From Selaginella moellendorffii (Eukaryota; Plantae; Lycopodiophyta): 64,000 nt of DNA. The stretch is taken from NCBI RefSeq assembly GCF_000143415.4, contig NW_003314374.1, forward strand, positions 269,225 through 333,224. The letters are read 5' to 3'. This document shows, piece after piece, positions 40,304 to 53,041 of the stretch. The notes beneath the pieces were generated by a model. That model had not been told where the DNA came from, ran no database searches, and saw only the letters and a program-made list of their open reading frames with translations. The stretch's first letter is position 1. Every line of letters begins with the position of its first letter. The translations under genes were made by a program, and so were the position numbers.

Positions 40304-42701
40304 TGGTATTAGAGCAACACATTCTTTTAGGGATGGTAAATAAGCAAAATATTGATCTTAATGAAAAGTATGACAGTAGTGATGATGGCTATTACAATGA
40401 GGATGAAACTCTTGATGATGTCATTGTGTGGTAAGGACACCAGGTTCAAAGTGACATTAAGGAGGTTAAGGATTCTGTCAATTTTATTAAGGATTTCTTG
40501 CTTCGCATAGACCCTCAAGGGTTGAATCAATCTCATGTCTGTGATTTCAATTAGTATGTTAAGCATGCTAAGGATTATAGTATTGTGGAATGGAAGTTAT
40601 CACTAGATGTTTATAATAGTTAAAAAGTTGATTTTTGGTTGGAATTATGAAAAAGTTGTTAGTTTCACAATCTTTATAAAGATAAGGTGAAGATTAATTT
40701 TTTTGTGATAAAGCTTACAGGTCATGCTTCTTCATAGTGGAAGAATTACATCAAAATTAATCCAAAATTGACTTTTTAGACTGATTTGACGAAGGTTTTC
40801 CACACTTCATTTGTCAAGAAATTTGAACAGGTTGATCTCGTGAATTAGTTGTTAAAAATTCAGTAGAGGACTTTGTCTTTGGATGTGTATGCCCACAAGT
40901 TTCATGGCCTTAGTCCCATAGGCACTTATAATGAGTTGCTAAAGGTGCAATGTTTCATTAAAGGTTTGAGTTTAGTGGATGTGCAACAAAAAGTCAAAAA
41001 GGATTTTCTAGCAACGTTGACTTATGCTATCACTAATGCTTAGATCTTTTCGCCTAAACTATTAGTCAACTTAGTCAAGTCTTGTCAACAGGATGGTCTA
41101 CAGGGTAGTTAACGTGATGACCAACCCACCAATGCTTCATATTCGAGGAAGAAATGGCTGTTGTTTTATCGTGGCTCAAAGCATGAAGATGGCAATGAGG
41201 CTAAGAAACTTCATTTGGACCAGTAGAGAAGGACAAGGTGGAAGGCAATTGTTTTCATTGCCACAGGGTTGGATATCAAGATAAAGATTGTCTTAAAGGG
41301 GTTAATGAATGCTAAGATGATTGTGGTGGAATTTATAGTCAATAATAGGCAATAATGTGAGTGATATTGTTATTGGGGACTGTATTGCTTCAAGTTAGAC
41401 ATTCTCTCACATACATGAGCCATAAGTTTGATGCCATATAGCAAATTTGGATTACTCGAGATAAAGAGTTGTATGTTATGATTGTTGTTGTGAAGGAATA
41501 GCAACATTATTTGTATGGATTAGACTTCTATGTGGATTCAGATAATCAATCTCTCCAGTATTTTAGTCGACAAAAGAATCTTCGAGGCTGCCTTGCTTGT
41601 TGGCAAGAGTTCCTGCAGGAAATGTCTATTAAAATTTGGTACAAACATAGAGGTGACAATAAAGTGGCTGTTGCATTATTTAGAATGGTAAATTCTATTT
41701 CATTTGTGAAGCTATCCAGTGATATTTTGGATGAGCTTAAGGAGTTTACTGACTTCAACTCCTTTATCACTGATATTCGTGCGAAGGTTTTGTTGAGGGA
41801 CACTTCTATAGATTTGAAGGGTGACAAGTTTGCGTCATTCGAGATATGAAATAGAATTTTAGTGAAGAAGGGATATGTGGTGGTTCCTCGTGTTGACAAA
41901 CTCATCAAATGAATTTTTGTTGAGTGTCATGATATGCCAAGTGCTGGGCATCCAGGGGTACTGAGAATGTATATGTTAGTGAAGAGGCATTTCTTTTAGC
42001 TTGGGATGAAGTCAGATGTTAAAAAGTATGTACGTGGTTGTTTGACCTGCCAAGCAGTCAAAGTTGATCATCAGAAGTTTGCTAGCTTCTATCATCCTTT
42101 ATATATATCCGAGAATAAATGGGATAGCATTTCAATGGACTTTATCACTGGTTTGCCCAAGACTTTTTGAGGAAATGATGCTATTTGGGTTGTTGTGGAT
42201 TGTTTGACGAAGATGGCTCATTTCTTCCCAGTGAAGATGATGATAAAAGCTTCTGAACTTGAGTTCAGTTGTTTGTAGACCAGTTATTCAATCTTTATGG
42301 TTTGCCAAGTGACATTGTGAGTGATTGGGATCTCAAGTTCATGTCCAAGTTTTGGCAAACGGTCTTTAAAAAGTTAGAAACTAAGCTGAGCATGAGTAAT
42401 GGTGAGCATCCATAATCAAATGGGCAAATAGAATGCATGAATTAGCTATTAAAAGATATGCTAATGTCTTTTATGGGAAACTTGACTAGATAGAGAGTAT
42501 GGGAGAAGTACTTGCCTTTGCTTTAGTTTACTCATAATAATGTTCATCAATCTGGCATGTCTCTTTTTATGGTGATGTATAGCTATGAGCCTAGGTTTCT
42601 CATGAGTTTGAGTTTGCCTTTGGTTCTGGTACCTCATGCTTGTGATTTCTTGGAGGATATGCAAAACAAGCTTAAGTTGGCAAAGTTGAACATGAAGCAA
42701 G
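40304..42701 (+). mobile_element. Degenerate Ty3/Gypsy element, 5' part (PBS, gag, RNase H, integrase)
   Basis: PBS TGGTATTAGAGC at 40304-40315, LYGLDFYVDSDNQSLQYF, ECHDMPSAGHPG, KWDSISMDFITGLP; many stops. Continues at 52293 and 62509. Confidence 0.88.
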
Positions 42702-43704
42702 TGTAAGCGACTAAATTTTCCATTTTACTTTAGTCACTTAACCACACCTCTGACCACTTGAAAGAGTCTCATTCACAACCTCCATAAGTCCTATTTTGGA
42801 CTTAGGGACTTGCTAGCCCCAAAAATGGCATCCATGCCACTCAACCATTGCACTTGGTCCAAGTGCTCCACGTGTTTGATCCCATGACCGACACCCCAAG
42901 GTACCACTGACATATCAGCCCGTTACGCTAAGGCTATACCCATTCACCTTGGTCACATCGGTGGTCTAACACCACCTCCATCACAGTCCCGTCTCTCAAA
43001 GACTGGGCCATCCGTCCATGAGCGATCATCCCAGATTCACTCTTTAGCATCCTTAGGATGCCCACAGACATGGGGAATAACCTTCTTCAATATCCCTTTT
43101 CCGGTCCCCACCAAGTCCCTTTCCGTCTATGGCCGTGTTCACCAACACTGCCACTGGATCAAGGCCCACAAGCCCAACCACTAAGTCCTATGGTCCTTTG
43201 GGACTTCCTCCTCACTTGACCACATCCTTGGTCTCTACACTAGAGGGTGGCTCCTCTTTCTTTTCACAGTCTGGGACTTTGGGGCAACATTTCGGAACAC
43301 CATGGCCTTACGCGAGCCTTGTGGGTACTCTCCCCGCCTCCTGCCTTTGGGTGCTCTAACCATGGGCTTAGAGCGAGGTTCCGTTGAGCCACGCTAAGTA
43401 TCCAAGTAGGTAGTGCCACCCACACTTGGACTAGGAGCATTGACCATTCGATATCCCGGGGAAACTAGAGCTGGTTCTTGAACACTTCACCAAGTTACCC
43501 CGCTTGTCAGTTCATGTTCACTCTAGTCTTGGACTTCCCAGTGGGCAGCTCATCACCCAACACTGGGTATAGCCTTCTTGGGCCAAACTAACCTTTCCTG
43601 GCCAAACTGGCTCCATTACAATCCTCCCCCTACTATACTTTTGGAGCTCATCAAACCCCCTAGGGTTTGGGAGATGAACACTTTGGGCTTTCACCCTCTC
43701 AAAC

Positions 43705-44225
43705 TTGAATTCAGACTCGGACTCGAACTCAGACTCAGACTCGGGCTTGGGCTCGGTCTTGGCCTTAGCCTTGGTTTTAGTCTCGGTCTCGGTCTTGGTC
43801 CCGGTCTCGGTCTCAATCTCGACTTCGGACTCCATCTCAGGTCCTTCTCAGACTCCATCTCGGGTCCATCTCGGACTCCATCTTGATCCATCTCAAACTC
43901 CATCTCGGACTCCATCTCGGGTCCATCTCGGACTCCATCTTGATCCATCTCAAACTCCATCTCGGACTCCATCTTGGACTCCATCTTGGGTCCATCTTGG
44001 ACTCCATCTCGGACTCCATTTCGGACTCCATCTTGGGTCCATCTCGGACTCCATCTTGGACTCCATCTTAGACTCCATCTTGGGTCCATCTCGGGTCCAT
44101 CTCGGACTTTATCTTGGACTCCATCTCGGGTCCATCTCGGACTCCATCTTAGACTGCATCTCGGGTCCATCTAGGACTCCATTTCAGACTCCATCTCGGG
44201 TCCATCTCGAGTCCATCTCGGACTC
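43705..44225. repeat. LTR-internal minisatellite (GGACTCCATCTC/GGGTCCATCTC units plus hexamer arrays)
   Basis: Visible tandem array; other copies at 47750-48300 (reverse) and 51480-51915. Confidence 0.9.
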
Positions 44226-47200
44226 CTCCACATGTCATGTGTTGGTCCTTTTGTGTCCCTTTTCTAGAGACTCACTTATTGCTTGTTTCGTGCTTGTTCC
44301 TCAAGCATGTCGTTGGGAGTTCCACTCCCGCTCTCGACCTTTCAAGTCGGAGCTTTTAGTCCAAATAGGTTACGCTTGTTTGGCTTTCACTTCAGCCACT
44401 ACCACGTGGCACCCTTTCGGCTCCACTTTGGGGCCTAGGGATTTTGTGTTTGACAACTCCACCACCCATAGACGAAGTTCGATGTCCTCACAAACGGTAA
44501 ACTATGTTATAAAGTAATACCAACATATATTACCCTTTCCATTCTTGGCACCTCACCAATATTCGTCAATGGTTTGATATCGAAGGCTCACCATGCTTTA
44601 CCCGTCCTCTAAGGAGGATAGTCTCTCCAACTTAGAAACTGATTGGACCACTTGTAGTGGTTCTCTCCTTTTATTAGTTTATTTCTCGCTAAACCTATTA
44701 AAGACACCATCTATATCTCAATCCCACTACCCCTTCTCGAGTAATCTCAATTTTCATCAATATAACCTTTGCACTTTGGAACTTTTACTTTTGACTTTCT
44801 TGAAGTCAATTTCCTAGGTGTTTCCGACACCTTGCATTTGCACATATTGTGCAACTCCACTTCCCTATAAGCAACCAAAGGGAACGACTTGAGAGACGAT
44901 CCATGGGGTTCAAATATAGAGGGAAAGGGCCCATGAATAAGAGTGCACCCCCTTTTCCAATCGGTTAAGGGTCTTGGGATATTTGGGGTTAAGCGTCCTT
45001 GGGTTTGAATAGTACTGGGTTGGGTGACCTCCCGGGAAGTCCAAACACAGGAGCTTACATTCCCCACCTTAGGAAGTTCTCTACTTGAGGGCACCATCAT
45101 CCTCTCTTCTATTTCGTGCTTCCTTAGGCACTAAGTTCCAGTTATTATAATTTGTGCTAGGGCTAGCCATGGCCCTATCATTTGGCTACCTTACCGCTCC
45201 CTCCCTTAGAGCTTCCTCTTTCGCCAAATCAGAGCAATTGGGAATCCATCTTTGGAAACACCTTGCCTTTCCCTCAATTAGTTAGCCCCCAACACATTAA
45301 TGTTCTTAGCTTAACTTTGCCTTTTGAATTCTTTCCTATTATTCCCATGGCTCTTTCTTAGCCACTAGTCTTTTGCTCCTATTCTTGATTGTTGCACCTA
45401 GCAACATCGGATTGCTACCTCCATTCTCGAGGTATCCTTTCGATTCTATAGCAAAGACTCTAGGGTGTTCATCCCTAGTATGTCTCTTTAGCATTTTTTG
45501 TTGTGGGCTCTATCCTTGGCCCAACTTTGTGACCCTCCCATGGGTCTCTTATAGAGACTACTTTCTTCGAACTCACTATGCCATCGCACTATCACAGATC
45601 ATTTCCTTTATGTGTTTTTCCCACTTGGTCATTTTGACCAAGCCACAACATCATAAATAGTTCAAATCAACACTTTGAATCAGGAACTTCATTCCTTAGC
45701 CAACCAAGGACTTTGTCCTTATTTAGCCATATAGTGATCTCACCTTGGCACCTTAACAGAGTTGCCAAAAGGTACTTGGTCTTCTAGACTTTCAAGTTGT
45801 TGACCATGACCCCAGGGGCATCCCCCACACTTGGCGGTGCACCCAAGCTAACCTTTACAGCCAAGGGTCCATAGCAACTGAGATTAGGTGTCCCTATCTC
45901 ACTCACCATGTCCTTGGTCCCACTCGCACCAAGGTGTTCAAGTTAGATATGCCGAGCCACACTAAGTAATCTAACCGTGCATCACGACTTCAAGGCATCC
46001 CTCGCTTGGCAGTGTGCCCAAACCAGTCTCCTCACTGAGAGTCCATGACCACCGAAAAATGAGTGTTCTCATATTCCAAACCATCACCACGCTCTAGTGG
46101 TTTGGGACTCGAACCCAAGCACTAGAGGGTCGGGACTCAAACTCAATGTCCATATATGCATTTACGGATGGCATCATCTAAGACACCTAGCATGACTCTT
46201 CACGCCGGTGCACCAACATGTACTTAAAGCGCGCTACAGATCACAACTTAGGAACCTAGTTCCTCCGCCCTGCCAAGTCCTCTCGCTTGACAAGTCTGTG
46301 ATCATGCATGGACTCCTCTATGCTCGGCCCCATGGGCCACCCCTTTTGAAGTTAGCACCTTCAACTAGTCCCCTGACTTGCTAATCTCGCTTAGCAAGTC
46401 ATTTAGCCACCGTAATATGGTTCATGCATAAGCGTGAAAGTCCTTAACCATTGACTTTCGTTCAAAACCCTCTCTTTGAATACTCGGGAACTACTTCCCC
46501 AACCTTGATAGCTTTGCCTCATAGCCAGCTTCAAGACCACGTTTCTGTTGCGCCACTCTGATTTCACACGCTTTAAAAACCATTTACACTAGCTTTTTAG
46601 GTACTTATTTACCTAGAATTGTCTTCAGGAACCTTTAAGGAACTCTATTCCTTAGCTTGCTAAGGCTTCTCCTTTGCAAACTCCCTACTCACCATATGGT
46701 CTAATATGGATAATTCCACATTTTAGACTCTCCAAGGCACTGTGGCTGCTAGTAATAACATCCTCGAGCACCTTTTTGATTCTCCACTCCCAACTTATAT
46801 AACCACCGTGGTTATGCCTTTCGATTTCTATGGTTCAGTTCCATCCTAATATTACTTGTTTTTTGGCCTCATATGTTTCTTTTGGTTATTCTCCTCCAGA
46901 CTAGGAGGATAACTTTGCACATTCTACCATGCCTTAGCAAGTATTCATAGGGATGAACATACTTGATACCTTAGGGAGTGGTTTTTCAATCTGGGTATGC
47001 TCACCTTATAATCCCATACACCGGGATTAACGTTGCTACTTATGAGCTTCTATATGCCCATCATTAGCCTTGCCAAAATCCCATTTTTGGCTTTGTCCAA
47101 ATTGGGCAGACGGATTCCTCTTGTCTCCACAACTTTGGACGTTTGGATAACACCTTATATCCATCATTCGCTAAGGATTTAGTCCTTTGGGCCTTATCTA

Positions 47201-47516
47201 ATGCCCTCGCAACACCAAACACCACTTTTTGGTGTTTTAGAGTGTTTGAGTGTCCCAATGATGGTCTTCTTTGGCAATGAGCATTTCTTTTATGACATTG
47301 ACTTACTATATTGTAACATAAGCAGCTTCTCCCCCATAAGGGTATATTTAACTTCCTTATCCCAATAAGAAGTCTTAGGTAGTTACCTTCTATCAGTTTA
47401 ACTAATTATTTTACACCTTTTGCTTAGTTGCCTCATACTTGTCAAATCCTACAACTCATTGCTGGTGCTTCCACACCTCCATCATTATTTGGGTCACCAC
47501 ACTCTAACCGCATGCC

Positions 47517-48178
47517 TGTGAGACACAAAATCCCTAGGCCCCAAAGTGGAGCTGGAAAGGGTGCCACGTGGTAGTGGCCGAAGTGAAAGCCAAACGAGCA
47601 TAACACGTTTGGGCTAAAAGCTCCGACTTGAAAGGTCGAGAGCGGGAGTGGAACTCCCAACAAAGTGCTCAAGGAGCGAGCACGAAACGAGCAATAAGCA
47701 AGGCTCCAAAAAGGGACCCAAAAAGGACCAACACATGACACGTGGAAGTGTCCGAGATGGAGTCCGAGGCGGACCCTAGTTGGAGTCTGATATGGAGTCC
47801 GAAGTGGAGTCCGAGATGGAGTCCGATATGGAGTCCGAGATGGACCCGAAGTGGAGTTTGAGATGGAGTCCGATATGGAGTCCGAGATGGACCCAAAATG
47901 GAGTCCGAGGTGGACCGAGACGGAGTCCGAGATGGACCCGAGATGGAGTCCGAGATGGAGTCCGAGATGGACCCGAGATGGACTCCGAGATGGAGTCCAA
48001 GATGGAGTCCGAGGTGGACCGAGACAGAGTCCGAGATGGACCCGAGATGGAGTCCGAGATGGACCGAGACGGAGTTCGAGATGGAGTCCGAGATGGACCG
48101 AGACGGAGTCCAAGATGGAGTCCGAGATGGAGTCCAAGAAGGACCCGAGATGGAGTCCGAGGTCGAGACCGAGACCGG

Positions 48179-48217
<39 letters not shown>

Positions 48218-49301
48218 TGAGACCGAGGCCAAGGCTGAGACCGAGCCCGAACCCGAGTCCGAGTCCGAGTCCGAGTCCGAGTCCGAGTCCGAGTTCGAGT
48301 CTGAGAGGGTGAAAGCCCAAAGCGTTCGTCTCCCAGACCCTGGGGGGTTTGGTGAGCTCCAAAAGTATAGTAAGGGGGAGGACTGCAATGGAGCCAATTT
48401 GGCCAGGAAAGGCCAGTTTGGCCCAGGAAGGCCAGACCCAGTGTTGGGTGATGAACTGACCACTGGGAAGTCCAAGACTAGAGTGAATACGGACCGACAA
48501 GTGGGGTAGCTTGGTGAAGTGTTCAAGAGCCGGCTCTAGTTCCCCCGGGAGATCGACTGGCCGATGCTCCTAGTCCAAGTGTGGGTGGCACTACCTACTT
48601 GGATACCAGGCGTGGCTCAACGGAACCTTGCTCTAAGCCCATGGCTAGAGCACCTAAAGGCGATAGGTGGGGAGAGTACCCAAGTGGCTCACGTAAGGCC
48701 ACGGTGTTCCGAAATGTCGTCCCAAAGGCCCAGACTGTGGAAAGGAAGAGGAGCATTCCTCTGGGGTAGTGACCAAGGACACAGTCGTGTGGTGAGGAAG
48801 TCCCAGAGGATCGTGGGACTTAGTGGTCGGGCCTGTGGGCCTCGATCCAGTGGCAGTGTTGGCAAACATGGCCAGGGGCAGAAAGGGACTTGGTAGGAAC
48901 TAACAAAGGGACTTTGGGGAAGGCGATTCCCCAGGTCTGTGGGCATCCTAAGGATGCTAAGGAGTGGATCTAGGATGACCCCTCATGGACAGATGGCCCA
49001 GTCTTGGAGAGACGGGATGGTGATGCAAGTGGTATTGGACCACTAGCGCAGCAAAGGTGAATGGGCATGGCCTTAGTGTAACGGGCCGAGATGTCAGTGG
49101 TACCTTTGGGTGTCGGTCATGGGATCGGACACGTGGAGCACTTGGACCAAGTGCAAAGGTTGAGTGGCATGGATGCCATTCTCGGGGCTAGAAAGCCCCA
49201 AGTCCTAAATGGGACTTATGGAGGTTGTGAATGAGACTCCTCCAAGTGGTCGGAGGTGTGGTTAAGTGACTAAAGTAGAATGGAAAAATTAGTCGCTTAC
49301 A
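47517..49301 (+). mobile_element. Solo LTR of the same family, inserted in inverted orientation inside its relative
   Basis: Reverse complement of 42702-44455, TG..CA ends, perfect ATGCC TSD (47512-47516 and 49302-49306). Confidence 0.92.
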
Positions 49302-52292
49302 ATGCCTTCCAACTTAGGCTATGCCATTCCCATTTCCATTAGAATTCCTTTGGAAGGAGTTCTCATAAACTCGCCAATTTCATCTTAAGGCATCACGCCT
49401 TAACACATTCAGTGTCTTTGCACCATCAACTCCAAGAGTCTACCTTAAAACACTTCTTTCTTGTGTCTAGGTCCTTGCCAAGACCAATGCAGTTCTTTCT
49501 TATGCTAACTGTCCATTGGCACTGCACTATAAAGTTTATACACAATTTTGTGTCAAAGTTGTTCTCTTCTGGGAACACCTTTCCCGCGACTTTAGTATGG
49601 CCCATTCTGCCACCCATGAGATACCCACTATTCTCATACTTGTTCTCATACTTGGATCTTATGAGCCCCCCCATCCTTCGTAGGGCACAACACACTTCAG
49701 TCCCAATGCTTTTACCAATCCCTTAGGGCCATTTCTTGACTCTACTTGAGTCACCTAGCATTTTTAGACTTTGTTAATCCAATGATCTGTGAGGTCCTAT
49801 TTTTGAAGTCTCAACTCACTTGAATCCAACTTCATGTATTTGTGTCCTATTCCTAAGAACCATGTTTGCAAGTGTTACTCCAACACTTGATTATTTTCCG
49901 TTCTCTGTGGGCTACTTTTGCCCCTTAGGACTATCTGTCCTTTTGATGAGAATATCAACTCATTCTCTGAGCACACCCCCAACACCTTGGGTTTGTTCCA
50001 GCATTTATAAAGGGTAGCGCCAGCTACCATTTCAAGGACTCATGTCCTCATCCATATTTGACCTCTCAAAGTCCTTAATTCCGATCTCAAATTCATGAGC
50101 ACTAGCCTCAACTATATGAGGATAATTTTGTGACTCCTTTATTGTTTTGGACCACCTTTCCCGTGATCCCAACTATAGTTGTTTACCACAACTACATTAG
50201 CCAATTTACTAAATCAAACGCTCATCTGGATCACATCCTCAACTTTATGAAGAAACCTTTATACTATTCCCAAGATCTCAAAGTCGTTCCCTTACTGGTC
50301 CTTTTCTATCTACCACATCGTGCCCAAGTTCACACATGAACTTGAGTGGAAAGCCATGTCCTCTTGATATGCTACTCCTCAAGGTTAGGCCCACTCCTAG
50401 GACTTTCCGATGCCAACATCAATGGTGATATACTTGAGCACCAATAAAAGTTAGACTAAGGAACAGCTCCGATACCAAGGTGTAATCAACTAAATTTTTC
50501 ATTTTACTTTAGTCACTTAACCACACCTCCGACCACTTGAAAGAGTCTCACTCACAACCTCCATAAGTCCTATTTTGGACTTAGGGACTTGCTAGCCCCA
50601 AGAATGGCATCCATGCCACTCAACCATTGCACTTGGTCCAAGTGCTCCACATGTCCGATCCCATGACAGACACCCCAAGGTACCACCAACATATCGGCCC
50701 ATTACGCTAAAGCCATGCCCATTCACCTTGGTCACATCGGTGGTCTGACACCACCTCTATCACAGTCCCGTCTCTCAAAGACTAGGCCATTCGTTCATGA
50801 GCGATCATCCCAGATCCACTCCTTAGCATCCTTAGGATGCCCATAGACATGAAGAATAACCTTCCCCAATATCCCTTTTCTGGTCCCCACCAAGTCTTTT
50901 TCCGTCCATGGCCATGTTCACCAACACTGCCACTGGATCAAGGCCCACAAGCCCGACCACTAAGTCCCACGGTCCTTTGGGACTTCCTCCTCACCTGACC
51001 GCATCCTTGGTCTCTACACTAGAGGGTGGCTCCTCTTCCTTTTCACAGTCTGGGACTTTGGGGTAACATTTTGGAACACCATGGCCTTACGCGAGCCTTA
51101 TGGGTCCTTTCCCTACCTCCCGCCTTTGGGTGCTCTAACCATGAGCTTAGAGCGAAGTTCCGTTGAGCCACGCCAAGTATCTAAGTAGGTAGTGCCACCC
51201 ACACTTGGACTGGGAGCATTGACCATTCGATCTCCCGAGGAAACTAGAGTCGGCTCTTGAACACTTCACCAAGCTACCCCGCTTGTCAGTTCGTGTTCAC
51301 TCTAGTTTTAGACTTCCCAGTGGGCAGCTCATCACTCAACACTGGGTACAGCCTTCCTGGGCCAAACTAGCCTTTCCTGACCAAACTGGCTCCATTGCAA
51401 TCCTCCCCCTACTATACTTTTGGAGCTCATCAAACCCCCAGGGTTTGGGAGATGAACGCTTTGGGCTTTCACCCTCTCAGACTTGAACTTGAACTCAGAC
51501 TCGGACTCGGACTTGGACTCGGGCTTGGGCTTGGTCTCGACCTTAGCCTCGGTCTCGGTCTCGGTCTCAGTCCCGGTCTCGGTCTCGATCTCGACTTCAG
51601 ACTCAATCTCGGGTCCTTCTCGGATTCCATCTCGGATTCCATCTCAGGTCCATCTCAGACTCCATCTCGGTCCATCTCGGACTCTATCTCGGGTCCATCT
51701 CGAGTCCATCTCGGACTCCATCTTGGGTCCATCTTGGACTCCATCTCAGACTCCATCTTGGACTCCATCTCAGGTCCATCTCGGGTCCATCTCGAACTCC
51801 ATCTCGGGTCCATCTTAGACTCCATCTCGGGTCCATCTTAGACTCTATCTCGGGTCCATCTTGGACTCCATCTCAGACTCCATCTCGGGTCCATCTCGGG
51901 TCCATCTCGGACTCTTCCATATGTCATGTGTTGGTCCTCTTGTGTCCCTTTTCTAGAGACTCACTTATTGCTTGTTTCGTGCTTGTTCTTCAAGCACGTC
52001 GTTGGGAGTTCCACTCCCACTCTCGATCTTTCAAGTTGGAGCTTTTAGTCCAAATAAGTTATGCTTGTTTGGCTTCGCTTCGGCCACTACCTTTTCTAGA
52101 GACTCACTTATTGCTTGCTTCGTGCTTGTTCCTCAAGCACGTCGTTGGGAGTTCCACTCCCGCTCTCGACCTTTCAAGTCGAAGTTTTTAGTCCAAACAG
52201 GTTACGCTTGTTTGGCTTTCACTTCGGCCACTACCACGTGGCACCCTTTCAGCTCCACTTTGGGGCCTAGGGATTTTGTGTCTAACAACAAG

Positions 52293-52474
52293 CTCAAGAT
52301 CGAAACAAAAGATTAGCTAATGAGCATCATCATCATCAAGAGTACAAAGTTAGTGACAAGGTTTTCTTTAAGCTGTCAAATGCACAATGGTCTTTGAAAG
52401 GAGGTGGCAGTGTTAAGTTGTCTCCACGGTATTGTGGGCCTTGAACAATTTTACAGCGCATGGGGGATCTTGCA
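52293..52474 (+). mobile_element. Continuation of the outer Gypsy integrase
   Basis: AQDRNKRLAN..YKVSDKVF..KLSPRYCGP*TILQRMGDLA, resuming after AKLNMKQ at 42700. Confidence 0.85.
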
Positions 52475-52533
52475 CACAACACCACATCAACATTTTTTCA
52501 TTGCCCTAGACTAGAAGTATAAGAAGCTTATCT

Positions 52534-52978
52534 TTTCCAAGCCATGGACATAGGCATTGCGGCAACATCTTACTTGGAGGCAGGCATAAAGTTCGTCAGC
52601 CAAGAAATCTCCTTTCCACACTTCTATAGGGAAAAAAAATATTTCAAGCCAAAGAGTGAAAAAAATTGTATATCTGCACAAAACATAGTACAGGAGTAAG
52701 CTGAGCTCGATCCAGCTCGCGTAGGATGACAGGAACTCTGGCATTGCTCTCCGGATGACCCTCCTGGAAATCAGATCCATATTCGTGAAAACAGGAAATC
52801 TGTCAAACTAGAACTTATTACTCACTTGATTGTGGCCCTGAGCAGGAGCTGAGCAGTACAAGATACGTGAATCTTCACTCACAGTTGCTGCAAACGCTGC
52901 GGCCTTGTGACAAGAACGTAAACTCAATCCTGCGAGGACTCGGGATGCGCAAGAAACCATGCCCCACTCACTCGACAT
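52534..52978 (-). pseudogene. HDA14: Histone deacetylase HDA14-like, 5' half
   Basis: Transit-like N-terminus, ILYCSAPAQGHNQ|EGHPESNARVPVI..LTP|..NFMPAS*DVAA..AYVHGLEK. Internal stop, frameshift, and donor GT mutated to AT. Confidence 0.85.
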
Positions 52979-53041
52979 GCCCAACCTAAAATGTTTCAAA
53001 ATATCTTTCACTTGGAACTATTGTATGTTAGAGAAAAAGTT

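Larger units (their letters stand above)
42702..52287 (-). mobile_element. Large-LTR retrotransposon (about 1.8-kb LTRs, decayed interior) nested in the Gypsy integrase
   Basis: LTRs 42702-44455 and 50481-52287 (TG..CA). PBS TGGTATCGGAGC on the minus strand at about 50466-50477, PPT beside 44456. Near-TSD GCAAG/ACAAG. Confidence 0.88.

Noticed and set aside
43705-44225. Possible CRISPR-like array
   Set aside because: Contiguous tandem units with no unique spacers, inside a eukaryotic LTR
47442-48526. Long low-complexity ORFs (LGLHL, MESE, SRTP repeats), also at 43500-44500, 51300-51900 and 62900-63300
   Set aside because: Translations of a stop-poor LTR minisatellite that is open in several frames
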